Position numbers and translations under genes: made by a program. Positions 40,414 through 50,029 of a DNA stretch of 64,000 nucleotides are shown piece by piece. Source of the DNA: an uncultured delta proteobacterium. GTDB taxonomy: Bacteria; Desulfobacterota; BSN033; UBA1163. Positions within the stretch are counted from its first letter, which is position 1. Each line of letters starts with the position of its first letter. The stretch covers positions 160,001 through 224,000 of the forward strand of contig CAWHBU010000006.1 of assembly GCA_963827685.1 (NCBI GenBank), written 5' to 3'. The notes beneath the pieces are model-generated. The model was not told the origin of the DNA. It searched no databases and saw nothing but the letters and a program-made list of their open reading frames with translations.

Positions 40414-40518
40414 CTAGAATCCTCCCTCCTTAAAATAATTTTGAAATAGTCTAGGAACCTGTTGGAGCAGTTAAGGTGACGTAAGTGCTCCGACCCACTA
40501 CTAAAAATATTCTGTTTC

Positions 40519-40980
40519 TCACTTCAGGGATTTTCTCAATTTGTTCAATATATCTATTAGCATGCGTTGTTCATCGGGTCCAAGGCAGTCCGTTATCATT
40601 TGGTGTAAGAAAGCCCTATGCTTACTAATAATTTGGGGGGCGAGTTCACGACCTTTTTCCGTAAGGCGGACCCTCTTAACTCTAGAATCTTTTTCAAAAT
40701 CAACCCGTTCAACCAGTCCATCTCGTATCATACGCTTAATGAGGCCTGTTACGTTGCTATTTCCTCTAAATATTAGGTTACTAAGTTCCGATAGCGGCAG
40801 AGACTCATGATCGTACAAGTTCATAATTACCCCATATTGTGGGACGGTCATAGCTTGTTTGTATAGCTTTCTGGAAACGATGCGATTCAAACTATCATGT
40901 GTTCTTCTGATGGCTAGATAGGCATTAATTGCTTCGGTTACTGGAAAACATTGATCAGATTTAATTTCGAAATATTCCAT
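40519..40980 (-). CDS. MarR family transcriptional regulator
   Basis: NVTGLIKRM..GLVER..DSRVKRVRLTEKG; likely start ATG 40980, because the track's TTG start is the -35 hexamer. Confidence 0.88.
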   Translation of the reverse strand: MEYFEIKSDQCFPVTEAINAYLAIRRTHDSLNRIVSRKLYKQAMTVPQYGVIMNLYDHESLPLSELSNLIFRGNSNVTGLIKRMIRDGLVERVDFEKDSRVKRVRLTEKGRELAPQIISKHRAFLHQMITDCLGPDEQRMLIDILNKLRKSLK

Positions 40981-41016
40981 TTGTAAACATTCTACATACA
41001 AATTATTTTTTGTCAA
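40979..41016 (-). promoter_or_regulatory. Sigma70 promoter with overlapping palindromic operator for marR
   Basis: TTGACA (41011-41016), 16-bp spacer, TAGAAT (40989-40994); inverted repeat ATTTGTA-N11-TACAAAT at 40979-41003. Confidence 0.6.
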
Positions 41017-41688
41017 GAAAAAAATTATGTTCCTTGCACTCTCAATCCTCTCCTATGATGCGGAAAAGCATCTTCATGATCAGGGTATCTACAAAATGGT
41101 GCCGGGAACAAAGAATGGAGGCGTTTCTTGTTATGAATATTGTTCAAGTTTTTCTGCTTTTCCGGGATCTACTCAAATCCTTAATAGGCCTCGTTCGATA
41201 ATTGATATGGTCATGATGGGGCATTTTATCGAATTTCGAGATGGCTGCCGATTCTTGATTTGGCTTTCACAATGGAAATTCTTTCTTTACACGTAAAAAA
41301 TCAATATGTTAAATATATCTTTGATTAATAATTCACAGTAGATTTTGCTTATGCCCCACCTCATTAGTCAAAGTATGGTGATCTATTTTGGAGATATTAG
41401 TCCGTACGGATAACAGAGATGTCAAGTGCAGGAAATGTGGATACCATTGGAAAGAGAAATAGTGCTTGGCAAACAATCAGACTGTCATGCTTACTCTGAT
41501 GGAAAGTCGCATTGTCCAGATAAAAAAGGAAAATTAGATCGTAAGATTTTGTCCTTATTCATTTGATCAATACTAGAAACTTCACTGCCAGGCCATTCAA
41601 TCCATTTTAATTAAGAATAGCCATCATTCAATTTGACAAAGTCATCCTTGTAATAAATAATTATAATCCTAAAAGGAATGACAACAAA

Positions 41689-42837
41689 ATGAACAAAAAG
41701 GCATTGGCTATTCTCAGCGTAGGCCATTTAGTCACGGATATCAATCCAGGAGCCCTTCCCGTCCTTCTCCCCTTCTTTAAAGAAGTCTTAAATCTCTCCT
41801 ATACGATGGCAGGGACTATTCTTCTTTTTGGAAATCTCACTTCCTCTGTCATCCAACCTGCATTTGGATTCCTCTCTGATAGACGCCCAACAAAATGGTT
41901 TCTTCCTCTGACCCCTCTGATTGCATGTTTAGGAATTTCCATCGCTGGTTTTATTCCTAGCTATTCCCTTCTGCTCATTTGTGTCATTCTAACTGGTATT
42001 GGGATTGCAAGCTTCCACCCAGAAGCATTTAAAATAGCCAATTTTTTTGCAGGAGAAAAAAAGGCAACTGGGATTTCGATCTTTTATGTGGGTGGAAATT
42101 TAGGGTTTGCGCTCGGTCCGATTTGGGTATTAACACTTGTCACCTCCTTTGGTCTCAAGGGAACATTATGGATGATCATCCCAGGAATTTTATTGACCGT
42201 GATTTTATTGTTTTCCATGTCCTGGTTAACTACCCCAGTCCATTCTGCCTTTAAACAAGAAAAGAAGATCAAACAGCCTCTTTCAAAAAGGCAGATGGTA
42301 CCGCTCCTTCTTTTAATTTGTATTGTCATTGTTAGATCATGGGCCCACCTTGGTTTAATCACTTACATTCCTTTCTATTACATAAACTATCTAAAAGGGG
42401 AACCCCTTTATGCAGGGAAACTTGTTTCGACCTTCTTGTTTACAGGTGCCGTAGGTACAATCGTTGGAGCTCCAATCGCTGATTGGTGGAGTCACAAAAA
42501 ATTTCTTTTGATTACGCTGATATTGACATTTCCTCTCCTTCTCCTTTTCTATAACAGCAGTGGCCCCATGGCTTTTATCTTCTTGGGAATTTCGGGAATG
42601 GTATTAATCTCCTCATTTTCCCCTGCGCTCGTAATGGCACAGACCCTCCTCCCTGAACATTTGGGAATGGTCTCAGGGCTGATGGTTGGGTTTGCCGTGG
42701 GTGCCGGAGGAATTGGAGTCACACTTCTCGGGACGATCGCAGATACCTGGGGAGTACCTATGGCGTTGAAAACTATCTTTGTGATGCCCTTGATCGCATT
42801 TGGCCTCGGTCTAATGGTAAAGTATCCTCCGAAATGA
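41689..42837 (+). CDS. MFS transporter, Fsr (fosmidomycin resistance)-like
   Basis: GHLVTD, QPAFGFLSDR, FHPEA, GGNLGFALGP; multiple TM segments. Confidence 0.88.
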   Translation: MNKKALAILSVGHLVTDINPGALPVLLPFFKEVLNLSYTMAGTILLFGNLTSSVIQPAFGFLSDRRPTKWFLPLTPLIACLGISIAGFIPSYSLLLICVILTGIGIASFHPEAFKIANFFAGEKKATGISIFYVGGNLGFALGPIWVLTLVTSFGLKGTLWMIIPGILLTVILLFSMSWLTTPVHSAFKQEKKIKQPLSKRQMVPLLLLICIVIVRSWAHLGLITYIPFYYINYLKGEPLYAGKLVSTFLFTGAVGTIVGAPIADWWSHKKFLLITLILTFPLLLLFYNSSGPMAFIFLGISGMVLISSFSPALVMAQTLLPEHLGMVSGLMVGFAVGAGGIGVTLLGTIADTWGVPMALKTIFVMPLIAFGLGLMVKYPPK

Positions 42838-42854
42838 CTGGTAATAGATAATTA

Positions 42855-43050
42855 ATGATCTTGGTGATGAGTGGAGCAGGTTTTATCGGTTCCCATCTTT
42901 GAGGCCAACTCCTCAAGGATGGATACCATCTGATTTGTCTGGGCAACTTCAACAGAGAGTATTTCTCAAGAACACTATTTCCTCAGAACCTTTTCATTTA
43001 TCAAAGGACTAACGGTTTAAACTACCGTGAAGCGGTTTCGTTCATCTTGC
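42855..43050 (+). pseudogene. Remnant of an NAD-dependent epimerase/dehydratase N-terminus
   Basis: MILVMSGAGFIGSHL*GQLLKDGYHLICLGNFN with an internal stop. Confidence 0.7.
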
Positions 43051-43619
43051 CACTATACGTAACTCCTTGAAAGTTGCAATATAAAAACCGTATTGAAACC
43101 CTTGCCCCAAAGAACCTCCCTCCCTTTATTCCTTCCTTTCACCCCCAGTATTTTTCTCAGATAAAGAATCAGGGATAAGTCCAATCAGCTAAATATATAA
43201 ATTTTCGATCCGACCATTTTCTTCATCGAAAGCACCAGAGAACCCCCTCAATCCGAATAGCCATCTTTGAAGCTTCTAACCAATTTTGAGGCAGTAGGTT
43301 TCATAGGTAAACCCCACCCTGGGGCTACAGTAGACAGGAGGATTCTGCTCTCGGCCCTGATTCTACTGTGATTACTCGCGATACCCCTCCAGAATCCATC
43401 CTTCAAATAATTGGCTTGTCCTAAAATACCTGTCCCATTTCCCCCTCACACCCGCCAGAATAATCCAAAGGTTCCCTTGCTCTCTTGATCCAGTAACCCT
43501 TACCTATTTGTAACCCCTTCGACAAGGCTACCTGCCCAATAGTCTCTTCCTTTTCGGATTCGAAGCAACGTTCCTTCTTCATACAGTGAAAAAACAATTC
43601 AACAAGAAAGGAGGCTTCC

Positions 43620-44114
43620 ATGAACTCAGTTCCAGAAATCCGCAGAGAAAAAGTTTTCATTCCTCCAGAAATGCCAGTGCAAGAAATTAAGGAGAAATAC
43701 TGTTTGTCATCAAAAAGGGCACGAGAAGCTATGAAACAAGGTTTCTTCGTGAAGAACTATTCCAAGAAGCAAATCATCATCGACCCTGAAAATTTCGATC
43801 CAGCCGTTTCATACTCCACTGCGAAGAGGGTCTACTGGAAGAACTTTTCCTTGAATAAAGTGGCACAAAGTATCAAAGATGACTTAATTCAAGAGGCCGT
43901 GACGAGAATGTATGAATTGAGTGGGAAGGTCAAGGAGAGAGCGAATGAAAAATATGGTATTGGCTATGCCTATTTTTACGTAGCGCATAATGCAATGCTG
44001 GCCTTTCTCAAGAGCTGGCAGCGTCACACCAGATCCAGAATTCCTGGAGATATTGGGGATACGGAGGTGCTTACAAAGATTTACAAATCCAAGAAACCGA
44101 TGTTGATTTCATGA
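43620..44114 (+). CDS. Hypothetical protein with a sigma-70 region 2-like segment
   Basis: KDDLIQEAVTRMYE...YAYFYVAHNAMLAFLK resembles ECF sigma region 2; AAGGAGG RBS. Confidence 0.55.
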   Translation: MNSVPEIRREKVFIPPEMPVQEIKEKYCLSSKRAREAMKQGFFVKNYSKKQIIIDPENFDPAVSYSTAKRVYWKNFSLNKVAQSIKDDLIQEAVTRMYELSGKVKERANEKYGIGYAYFYVAHNAMLAFLKSWQRHTRSRIPGDIGDTEVLTKIYKSKKPMLIS

Positions 44115-44246
44115 TGGAGGATAGGCTGAGGGTCTGGTCGTCTATCGATAATGTCAAAGATGGTTTGGGAGACAAAACACAAATTCTATTTATTAGACGG
44201 CGATCCGCTTGTGGGGGAACTGGTCTCTACTGACCGGACACATTTT

Positions 44247-44821
44247 TCAAATTGTCAAAGCAATCTTAAATTGTCTGAGGACGTACCTCCACTCACTTTG
44301 TGGGGGAACATTTTGTCGGTCGATTGTGATCCGATTCACCAAATGCTTATCATGGATCATAAGGAGATTCTCAGCATCATTCTCCTCAGCAGCCTTGGTG
44401 AAATTGAAAGACCCGGTAATCACTGTCTCCCCATCTATTATCATCACTTTATTGTGGGCTATGGCGTATTGAGCATCTATTTTGACAGGTATCCCTTGGT
44501 TATAGAGAGAAAGGTGGCTGATGAATACTTCTGTGTCCTTTGGCTCTTATCCAGAATGACTTCTATCTTGACCCCGCTTTTGTTGGCATTCAACAGGGCT
44601 TTAGCAATTGGTGCGGATGTGAAAGAGTAGGCTTGGACGAGGATGCTGCTCTTGGCTTTATTCAATTCCCGGATAATGGCATCTGTGCAGCCTCCGTGTG
44701 GGGAAAAGTAAACTTCCCAGGTGCAGGCGGTAGGTTTTTCTTGGGATATGGTGGTGGGCGGGGATAAAGCAATCCAGAGGGTAATGGTGAAGAGCGCAAG
44801 TAAAGCGGTTATTCGATTCAT
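44247..44821 (-). pseudogene. Phospholipase D-family (Nuc-like) secreted nuclease, frameshifted
   Basis: VYFSP..QAYSFTS..VILD, then after removing one TC from a (TC)n run near 44505: FLYNQGIPVKIDAQYAIAHNKVMIIDGETVITGSFNFT (HxKxxxxD..GSxN). Confidence 0.85.
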
Positions 44822-44948
44822 TCTCCCTCAGGTACTAATCCCCATATCCTCTTCAAGGGTAACTCTGCCTTTAGCTCATCATCGAAGTGTTCCCTTTACT
44901 TTATTTTCAAGAGTATCCCTATCAAATCCCTCCTCAGACTCTTTCCCA

Positions 44949-45305
44949 TCAAAATGGTACGTCCTCATTCTCTTGTGTCTCATTGATCGAGCCTGCAATG
45001 GGTGCTATTCCCACATCACTATCACACGCTTCAAAGATTAAACTATTTAGTTTGGGATCGCCCCTCTCAAAATATTTTAACTCGGCCCAAAGACTAGAGA
45101 GGTGTATAATTATTTCTTTTTCAACTCTTTCTTTGTTTCCTCTGATTCCAATTCTAATTGATTTGTTCCTTCTTAATATCCCGCCCATGGGAGGTTCATA
45201 CACCTGAATGTAATTAAATCGTAAGCCAAAAACATAGTGTGCCACTGCGTGACTCGCTTCGTGGATAGCCGTTCCTAATAACATTTTTTCCGGTTTCATC
45301 TTCAT
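44949..45305 (-). CDS. Small HExxH-motif protein (M41/M50-like peptidase fragment)
   Basis: TAIHEASHAVA motif. Confidence 0.5.
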   Translation of the reverse strand: MKMKPEKMLLGTAIHEASHAVAHYVFGLRFNYIQVYEPPMGGILRRNKSIRIGIRGNKERVEKEIIIHLSSLWAELKYFERGDPKLNSLIFEACDSDVGIAPIAGSINETQENEDVPF

Positions 45306-45698
45306 CTCTATTACCCTCCGTTACTTTCTTGGGAAGGACGCTCTGGTTTTTTGTTGTCAGTCACAACTCCTTTATCGCCTCCCATAATAGAAATACCGGC
45401 CAAAGCTGGACCACAAAACCGAAAAGATCATCAAGGGTGTAGATGCTACATAGAAATGTCCGTCGGGGTATAAATGTAGAGAACTTTTCTTTGAGATAAG
45501 AAAGTCTTGAAGGAGGGCGAACCGATAAGAAGGAATGATTTACGGGATTGCGTCCCTATTCAGAATCTATACCCATTTCACTCAAACGAGGAACACCCTG
45601 AGTAGATTTACTGATCCTCGGCACCACTACTGCTTTGTTAGGAGGGCGTTGTGGGAGTGAGTTTGGGTGGGAGACCAATGGGACAAAAAGTTTCTGAG

Positions 45699-45716
45699 GG
45701 AGAACATTTGGAGAAC
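45699..45716 (+). repeat. Putative integrase arm-type binding sites (right)
   Basis: GGAGAAC-attt-GGAGAAC, matching 8669-8686. Confidence 0.7.
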
Positions 45717-45740
45717 AGAAATTCAAAGAGGTCAAAAAGA

Positions 45741-45768
45741 AAAAGCCCTTTAATTTCAAGGGCCTTTT
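45741..45768 (-). terminator. Intrinsic terminator downstream of tmRNA
   Basis: AAAAGCCCTT-taatttc-AAGGGCCTTTT, T-rich tail on the minus strand. Confidence 0.7.
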
Positions 45769-45778
45769 CTTCTCAATA

Positions 45779-46133
45779 TGGTGGAGGCGGCGGGAATCGA
45801 ACCCGCGTCCGAGAACCTTCCGGCAGAGCATCTACATACATAGCCTATGTTTTAGATTCGCCCTTCCAAACTCCCACAGGCAGGATTCCAGAAGAACTAG
45901 CTTATGAAGATTCGCTCCTCACCCTATAAGCGTCGGGGAGAAACTATCCTGTTTTTCTGACATCCCTTTCCACCCCACAGGAAGGAATGGGAGGGACGCT
46001 AGCTGCGCTTAGGCAGCCAGGGCATAATCGTAGTTGTTTGCGATTATGTTTAACCCCATTTGTTTTACGAGCCAATGGGACCTCGGCATGCAGCCCTGAC
46101 GTCAACGATCCCCGTCGAACCCTTTTCGCCCCC
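45779..46133 (-). ncRNA. ssrA: tmRNA, tag peptide (A)ANNYDYALAA
   Basis: 5' GGGGGCG pairs with 3' CGCCUCC-ACCA with a G3-U pair; T-loop GGTTCGATTCC; tag ORF GCAAACAACTACGATTATGCCCTGGCTGCCTAA at 46009-46041; next to smpB. Confidence 0.97.
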
Positions 46134-46563
46134 TTTCCATCTCACGTTCCATGGTTCTCTTCTTGAGAGTCTCCCTCTTATCAAAGAGCTTCTTTCCTTT
46201 TGCGAGAGCGAGATCAACCTTAACCCTTCCATCGACAAAGTAGAGCTTGATCGGAATCAGCGTATACCCCCTCTGCTCCACTTTGCCAATGAGGCGCTTG
46301 ATCTCCTTCTTGTGAAGGAGGAGTTTCCTTGTCCTCAATGGATCGTGATTCAATCTGTTTGCCTGGGGATAAGGGCTGATATGAGCATCGACAAGAAAGA
46401 CCTCACCTCTTTTAATATCGCCGTAACTATCGCCCAGGTTGACTTTTCCGTCCCGTAAGGACTTGACCTCGGAACCAAGCAAGGATATCCCGGCCCGGTA
46501 TGTCTCTTCGATGAAGTAATTATGAAATGCCTTTTTGTTCTGACAAATCAACTTTTCTCCCAT
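46102..46563 (-). CDS. smpB: SsrA-binding protein
   Basis: [35 protein letters not shown]. Confidence 0.97.
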   Translation of the reverse strand: MGEKLICQNKKAFHNYFIEETYRAGISLLGSEVKSLRDGKVNLGDSYGDIKRGEVFLVDAHISPYPQANRLNHDPLRTRKLLLHKKEIKRLIGKVEQRGYTLIPIKLYFVDGRVKVDLALAKGKKLFDKRETLKKRTMEREMERGRKGFDGDR

Positions 46564-46782
46564 CTCTCAAAACCACGCATAGAGCACAGCGCTAAGCGCA
46601 TAGCGATAACAAAGTCAAATAGCTAGGTTAATAGGAAAATCACCTTCTTGGCTATTTATATTTATTTTAGCGGAAAAATAGATTTAAATCAAAGAATTCC
46701 TTCACTCTAAATGCTTTCCTCCCATCAAGGGAAAGGAGAAAAGAGGTCAATTTGCTGGTGGGTTCTTACGCCATGCCCCATG

Positions 46783-46815
46783 CCTGCCTGCACGAAGCGT
46801 TTCGGCGAAGGCAGG
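46783..46815. repeat. REP-like palindrome, copy 1
   Basis: CCTGCCTGCACGAAGCGTTTCGGCGAAGGCAGG; near-identical copy at 49794-49827. Confidence 0.65.
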
Positions 46816-46836
46816 CGCTCTGCGCTCTGCGTTCTT

Positions 46837-49008
46837 TTAAACATGGACGGGGAGTTCGATGAGGAAGGTCGTGCCTTTGGGTTTGTTGTCCCGTACCCGG
46901 ATATATCCGTTGTGATCAGAGATGATGGCATTGACAATGGCCAGCCCTAATCCCGTCCCACTTTTTTTGGTGGAGAAATAGGGCTCGAATAGTCTCTCTT
47001 TGTCCTCTTCAGAGATCCCACAACCATCGTCACTCACCTCAAGGTGGACTGTCTGCAATTTGGGATTGTAGCTTGTCTGGATTCTGATCTTCCCTCCGTT
47101 TTCGATGGCGGCAAGACTATTTTTGACCAAATTGATCATCACCCGCTTCATCTGATCCCGGTCGACATTGAGGACAGGAAGCTCGTTGGGAACAAATTCA
47201 AAATGGACTTGTTTTTGGAATCCCTGAAAGAGCGCGAGCGTCTCCTGAATGATCTCATTGAGATGATTGGGAGTAGGTTGGGAAGCGGGCATTCGAGCAA
47301 AGTTTGAGAATTCATTAACCATCGTTTTCAATTCTTCAACCTGTTTCACAATCGTCCGGGTGCACTCATCAAAGACCGTCCCATCGGGTTGAACTTTTTC
47401 CAAGTACCTTTTCCTCAGCCGTTGGGCAGAAAGTTGGATAGGGGTCAAAGGATTTTTGATCTCATGGGCAATCCGGCGGGCCACCTCCCTCCAGGCCGCC
47501 ATCCTCTGGGCTTTAATCAACTGGGTGAGGTCGTCGAAGACAGCCACGATACCGAGCGATTTTCCCTCTTCATCCTTGAGGGTCGTCAGATTGATCAACA
47601 GGGATAAAGATTTTCCCTCCAAGTTCACAACGACCTGTCTCTCAATGGAATCTTTCCGAGCAGATTTGAGTTCGTTCAATAATCGCTCAATCTGTCCCAC
47701 ATACTCCTTTGGCAATACCTGGGAGAAATCTTTCTCCAAGACTGCTTCTCCTTTGATCTCTAACATCTGCTCCGCGGAAGTGTTGATTGTCGTCACATTT
47801 CCTTTCTCATCGATGGAGATCACTCCAGCGGCCACATTTTTCAGGACGATCTCCATGTATTTCTTTCGTTGTTCCAACTCAGAACGGCTCACCTGGAGGT
47901 CCCCCGTCATCTGATTGAAGGATTGGACAAGCATCCCAATCTCATCGGCCGCTTTCATCTGAATTCGGAAATTGAGATCTCCTGAAGCAATCCGAGAGGT
48001 GGCCTCTGCCAAGTCTTTGATGGGAACCGTAATATCCTTGGCTAAATGGAAACCGAACCAAGTGGCTGAGAAGACGATGAGAAGGGTCACCATCAGCAAA
48101 GCCATCATGTAGCTAAACTTGATCGGCTTTTTCAAAATCTTCAATTGCTTATATTCCACAAAAGCCTGCGAGATCTCACGCATCTTGACCGTTAGACTTT
48201 TCGGAATAAAATGCGATGCCACAACGATTCCCACTACCCCCCCTCCTTCCGAAACGTTGAAAATGGGGGCGATACCAGTAATCATCTCTCCTTCTCCCAC
48301 AGACAAAATTCTGGAAACCTCTTTCCCTGATAGCCCTGCATCTAAAAAATCCTTTGGAAGTTGGAGAGAAACAGGTTTGAGCGTGGGATCCTCTACTCGA
48401 ATCATATTCCCCTCTCCCTCCAAAAATATCCCGAGGGTGCTGAGATAGTATTCTTTTCGTTTGGCTTCCAGCTGTTCCCTCAAAAAGTTCAATTCTCTTG
48501 ATCCCTTGTGAATACCTTGTTCGGAGAGGGACTTACTGACCTGTTGAGCGGCGGAGACCACGTCGTTGGCAAAATCTCGATAATAGGTCTGCGCCACTTC
48601 TAAGGATCCTTGAAGGGACTGCTCTACCTGGGCGCTAAACCAATGTTCCACACTATTGGTGATGAAGCCCACGGCTACCAAAAAGAGAAGGATGGTTGGA
48701 ACGAGGGAAAGGCTGACAAAAGCCACCACCAATTTGGTCCTGAGCCTGGCTCCCAGAACTTTCCGTTTCCGCTCAAAGATCAGTTTTACAAGATTCCGGA
48801 TCACCAAAAAGATCAGGAGGAGAATCAGGATGATGTTAATATTAATGAGGCTGAAGATAATGATATTGTTGGCAACAGGGATTTTCCCTCCTATTTGGGG
48901 GAATTTCATCTCGATGGTTGTAAAGATGAGAATGAGGATGGAGATGATCCCAATGATAATTAGCTCATTTCGGCGTCTTCTTGCATCAGGGGAAAGTGCT
49001 TTCTTCAT
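46837..49008 (-). CDS. NtrY-like PAS/HAMP sensor histidine kinase
   Basis: AWREVARRIAHEIKNPLTPIQLSAQRL, N/G1/F/G2 boxes, TM and HAMP segments. Confidence 0.92.
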   Translation of the reverse strand: MKKALSPDARRRRNELIIIGIISILILIFTTIEMKFPQIGGKIPVANNIIIFSLININIILILLLIFLVIRNLVKLIFERKRKVLGARLRTKLVVAFVSLSLVPTILLFLVAVGFITNSVEHWFSAQVEQSLQGSLEVAQTYYRDFANDVVSAAQQVSKSLSEQGIHKGSRELNFLREQLEAKRKEYYLSTLGIFLEGEGNMIRVEDPTLKPVSLQLPKDFLDAGLSGKEVSRILSVGEGEMITGIAPIFNVSEGGGVVGIVVASHFIPKSLTVKMREISQAFVEYKQLKILKKPIKFSYMMALLMVTLLIVFSATWFGFHLAKDITVPIKDLAEATSRIASGDLNFRIQMKAADEIGMLVQSFNQMTGDLQVSRSELEQRKKYMEIVLKNVAAGVISIDEKGNVTTINTSAEQMLEIKGEAVLEKDFSQVLPKEYVGQIERLLNELKSARKDSIERQVVVNLEGKSLSLLINLTTLKDEEGKSLGIVAVFDDLTQLIKAQRMAAWREVARRIAHEIKNPLTPIQLSAQRLRKRYLEKVQPDGTVFDECTRTIVKQVEELKTMVNEFSNFARMPASQPTPNHLNEIIQETLALFQGFQKQVHFEFVPNELPVLNVDRDQMKRVMINLVKNSLAAIENGGKIRIQTSYNPKLQTVHLEVSDDGCGISEEDKERLFEPYFSTKKSGTGLGLAIVNAIISDHNGYIRVRDNKPKGTTFLIELPVHV

Positions 49009-49084
49009 CGTTACCCTGTTTCTCCTATTAACTTGCCCAATCCCCACCGCTCCCTTTTAGCAAGAGGGGACGGGGGAGGATTTT

Positions 49085-49657
49085 TTATGACGGAAGAGGT
49101 TCGAGATGCCAATCGGTTTCAAAATCCCATAAAGAGACGAAAAAGAAGAGATACTCTAAATGTAGAGGAAGCCTGACCGGGTCCAATTCAGCCTTGATCC
49201 AAAAATAAGCAGGAGCTCCTGGTTTGAATTGGGAGGGAGTTTGAAATTCCAACTCTTTCACTCTTGACATCAGCCTTTTGGCCTCCTCCAAACTTGAAAC
49301 GGCCAACGGGGGATGCTTCTCTCCTAATTTTACTTGATACACTTTTTGAATGGGATGGTACTGAACTGTGTGATGAAACTCGACAGAGGCAACTTTCCGA
49401 TCTTTCCACCAACTTCTCTTCTGATAAAGACGAACATAAAAGGTAAAGGTCGTCCGCATTCCTGACTGGATAGCCTCCTCCATCTTATTTGTGAAACAGT
49501 TCTCTACATCAAAACTGACCTTCCAAACTCTATTCGTCCCCTTCACATTGACATCTTTGATGGCAGCTTTTTGGCAGAGGGCCGAAAGGGGATGAATCAA
49601 GATTAGAAGGAAAACCACCCCTCCGATTATCCACTTTTTAGGAATCCGAAGTTGCAT
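49085..49657 (-). CDS. DUF4390 family periplasmic protein
   Basis: Signal peptide, C-terminal WDFETDW, usual position upstream of ntrY. Confidence 0.75.
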   Translation of the reverse strand: MQLRIPKKWIIGGVVFLLILIHPLSALCQKAAIKDVNVKGTNRVWKVSFDVENCFTNKMEEAIQSGMRTTFTFYVRLYQKRSWWKDRKVASVEFHHTVQYHPIQKVYQVKLGEKHPPLAVSSLEEAKRLMSRVKELEFQTPSQFKPGAPAYFWIKAELDPVRLPLHLEYLFFFVSLWDFETDWHLEPLPS

Positions 49658-49793
49658 GCAAACCCTTTAAATTTAAAATCCGAAATTTGGATCCCCCGAC
49701 CCTTTCCTTCCCCTCAAGGAACTGTGTCGTAATGGGGATAAGTGGCAGAAATTCTAAAAAACGGGATAGACAGACGGGTGAGAAAGCTTTAGA

Positions 49794-49827
49794 CCTGCCT
49801 GCGCGAAGCCGCTTCGGCGAAGGCAGG
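49794..49827. repeat. REP-like palindrome, copy 2
   Basis: CCTGCCTGCGCGAAGCCGCTTCGGCGAAGGCAGG. Confidence 0.65.
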
Positions 49828-50029
49828 GCGCAACCTTTGAACTATGAGACTCAGGAATTTCAAGGTCATAAAAGAATTGATTTTCTTGTGACAACGACAA
49901 TGACCTCTAACCTTAAACGTGCGCATTCTAAAGCTTTGCAATCCGGCTGCTTGTTCCGTTTTTACCTACCTCCATTCGATTACGACACACTCTCCAGGTG
50001 GGGAGGAAGGGGATGATATAAAAAAAGGG

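Larger units (their letters stand above)
8586..45806. mobile_element. ~37.2 kb tmRNA-integrated genomic island (integrative element with plasmid-like replicon and metabolic cargo)
   Basis: 28-bp direct repeat of the ssrA 3' end at both ends; tyrosine integrase next to the left repeat; tandem GGAGAAC sites inside both ends; Rep plus iterons; several pseudogenes. Confidence 0.92.

Noticed and set aside
43050-43600. Possible oriT in the non-coding stretch (TACCTGTCCC / TACCTGCCC)
   Set aside because: No convincing nic consensus with an adjacent inverted repeat, and no relaxase in the island.
44151-44630. 159-aa plus-strand ORF
   Set aside because: Largely antisense to the PLD nuclease pseudogene; no recognisable motifs.
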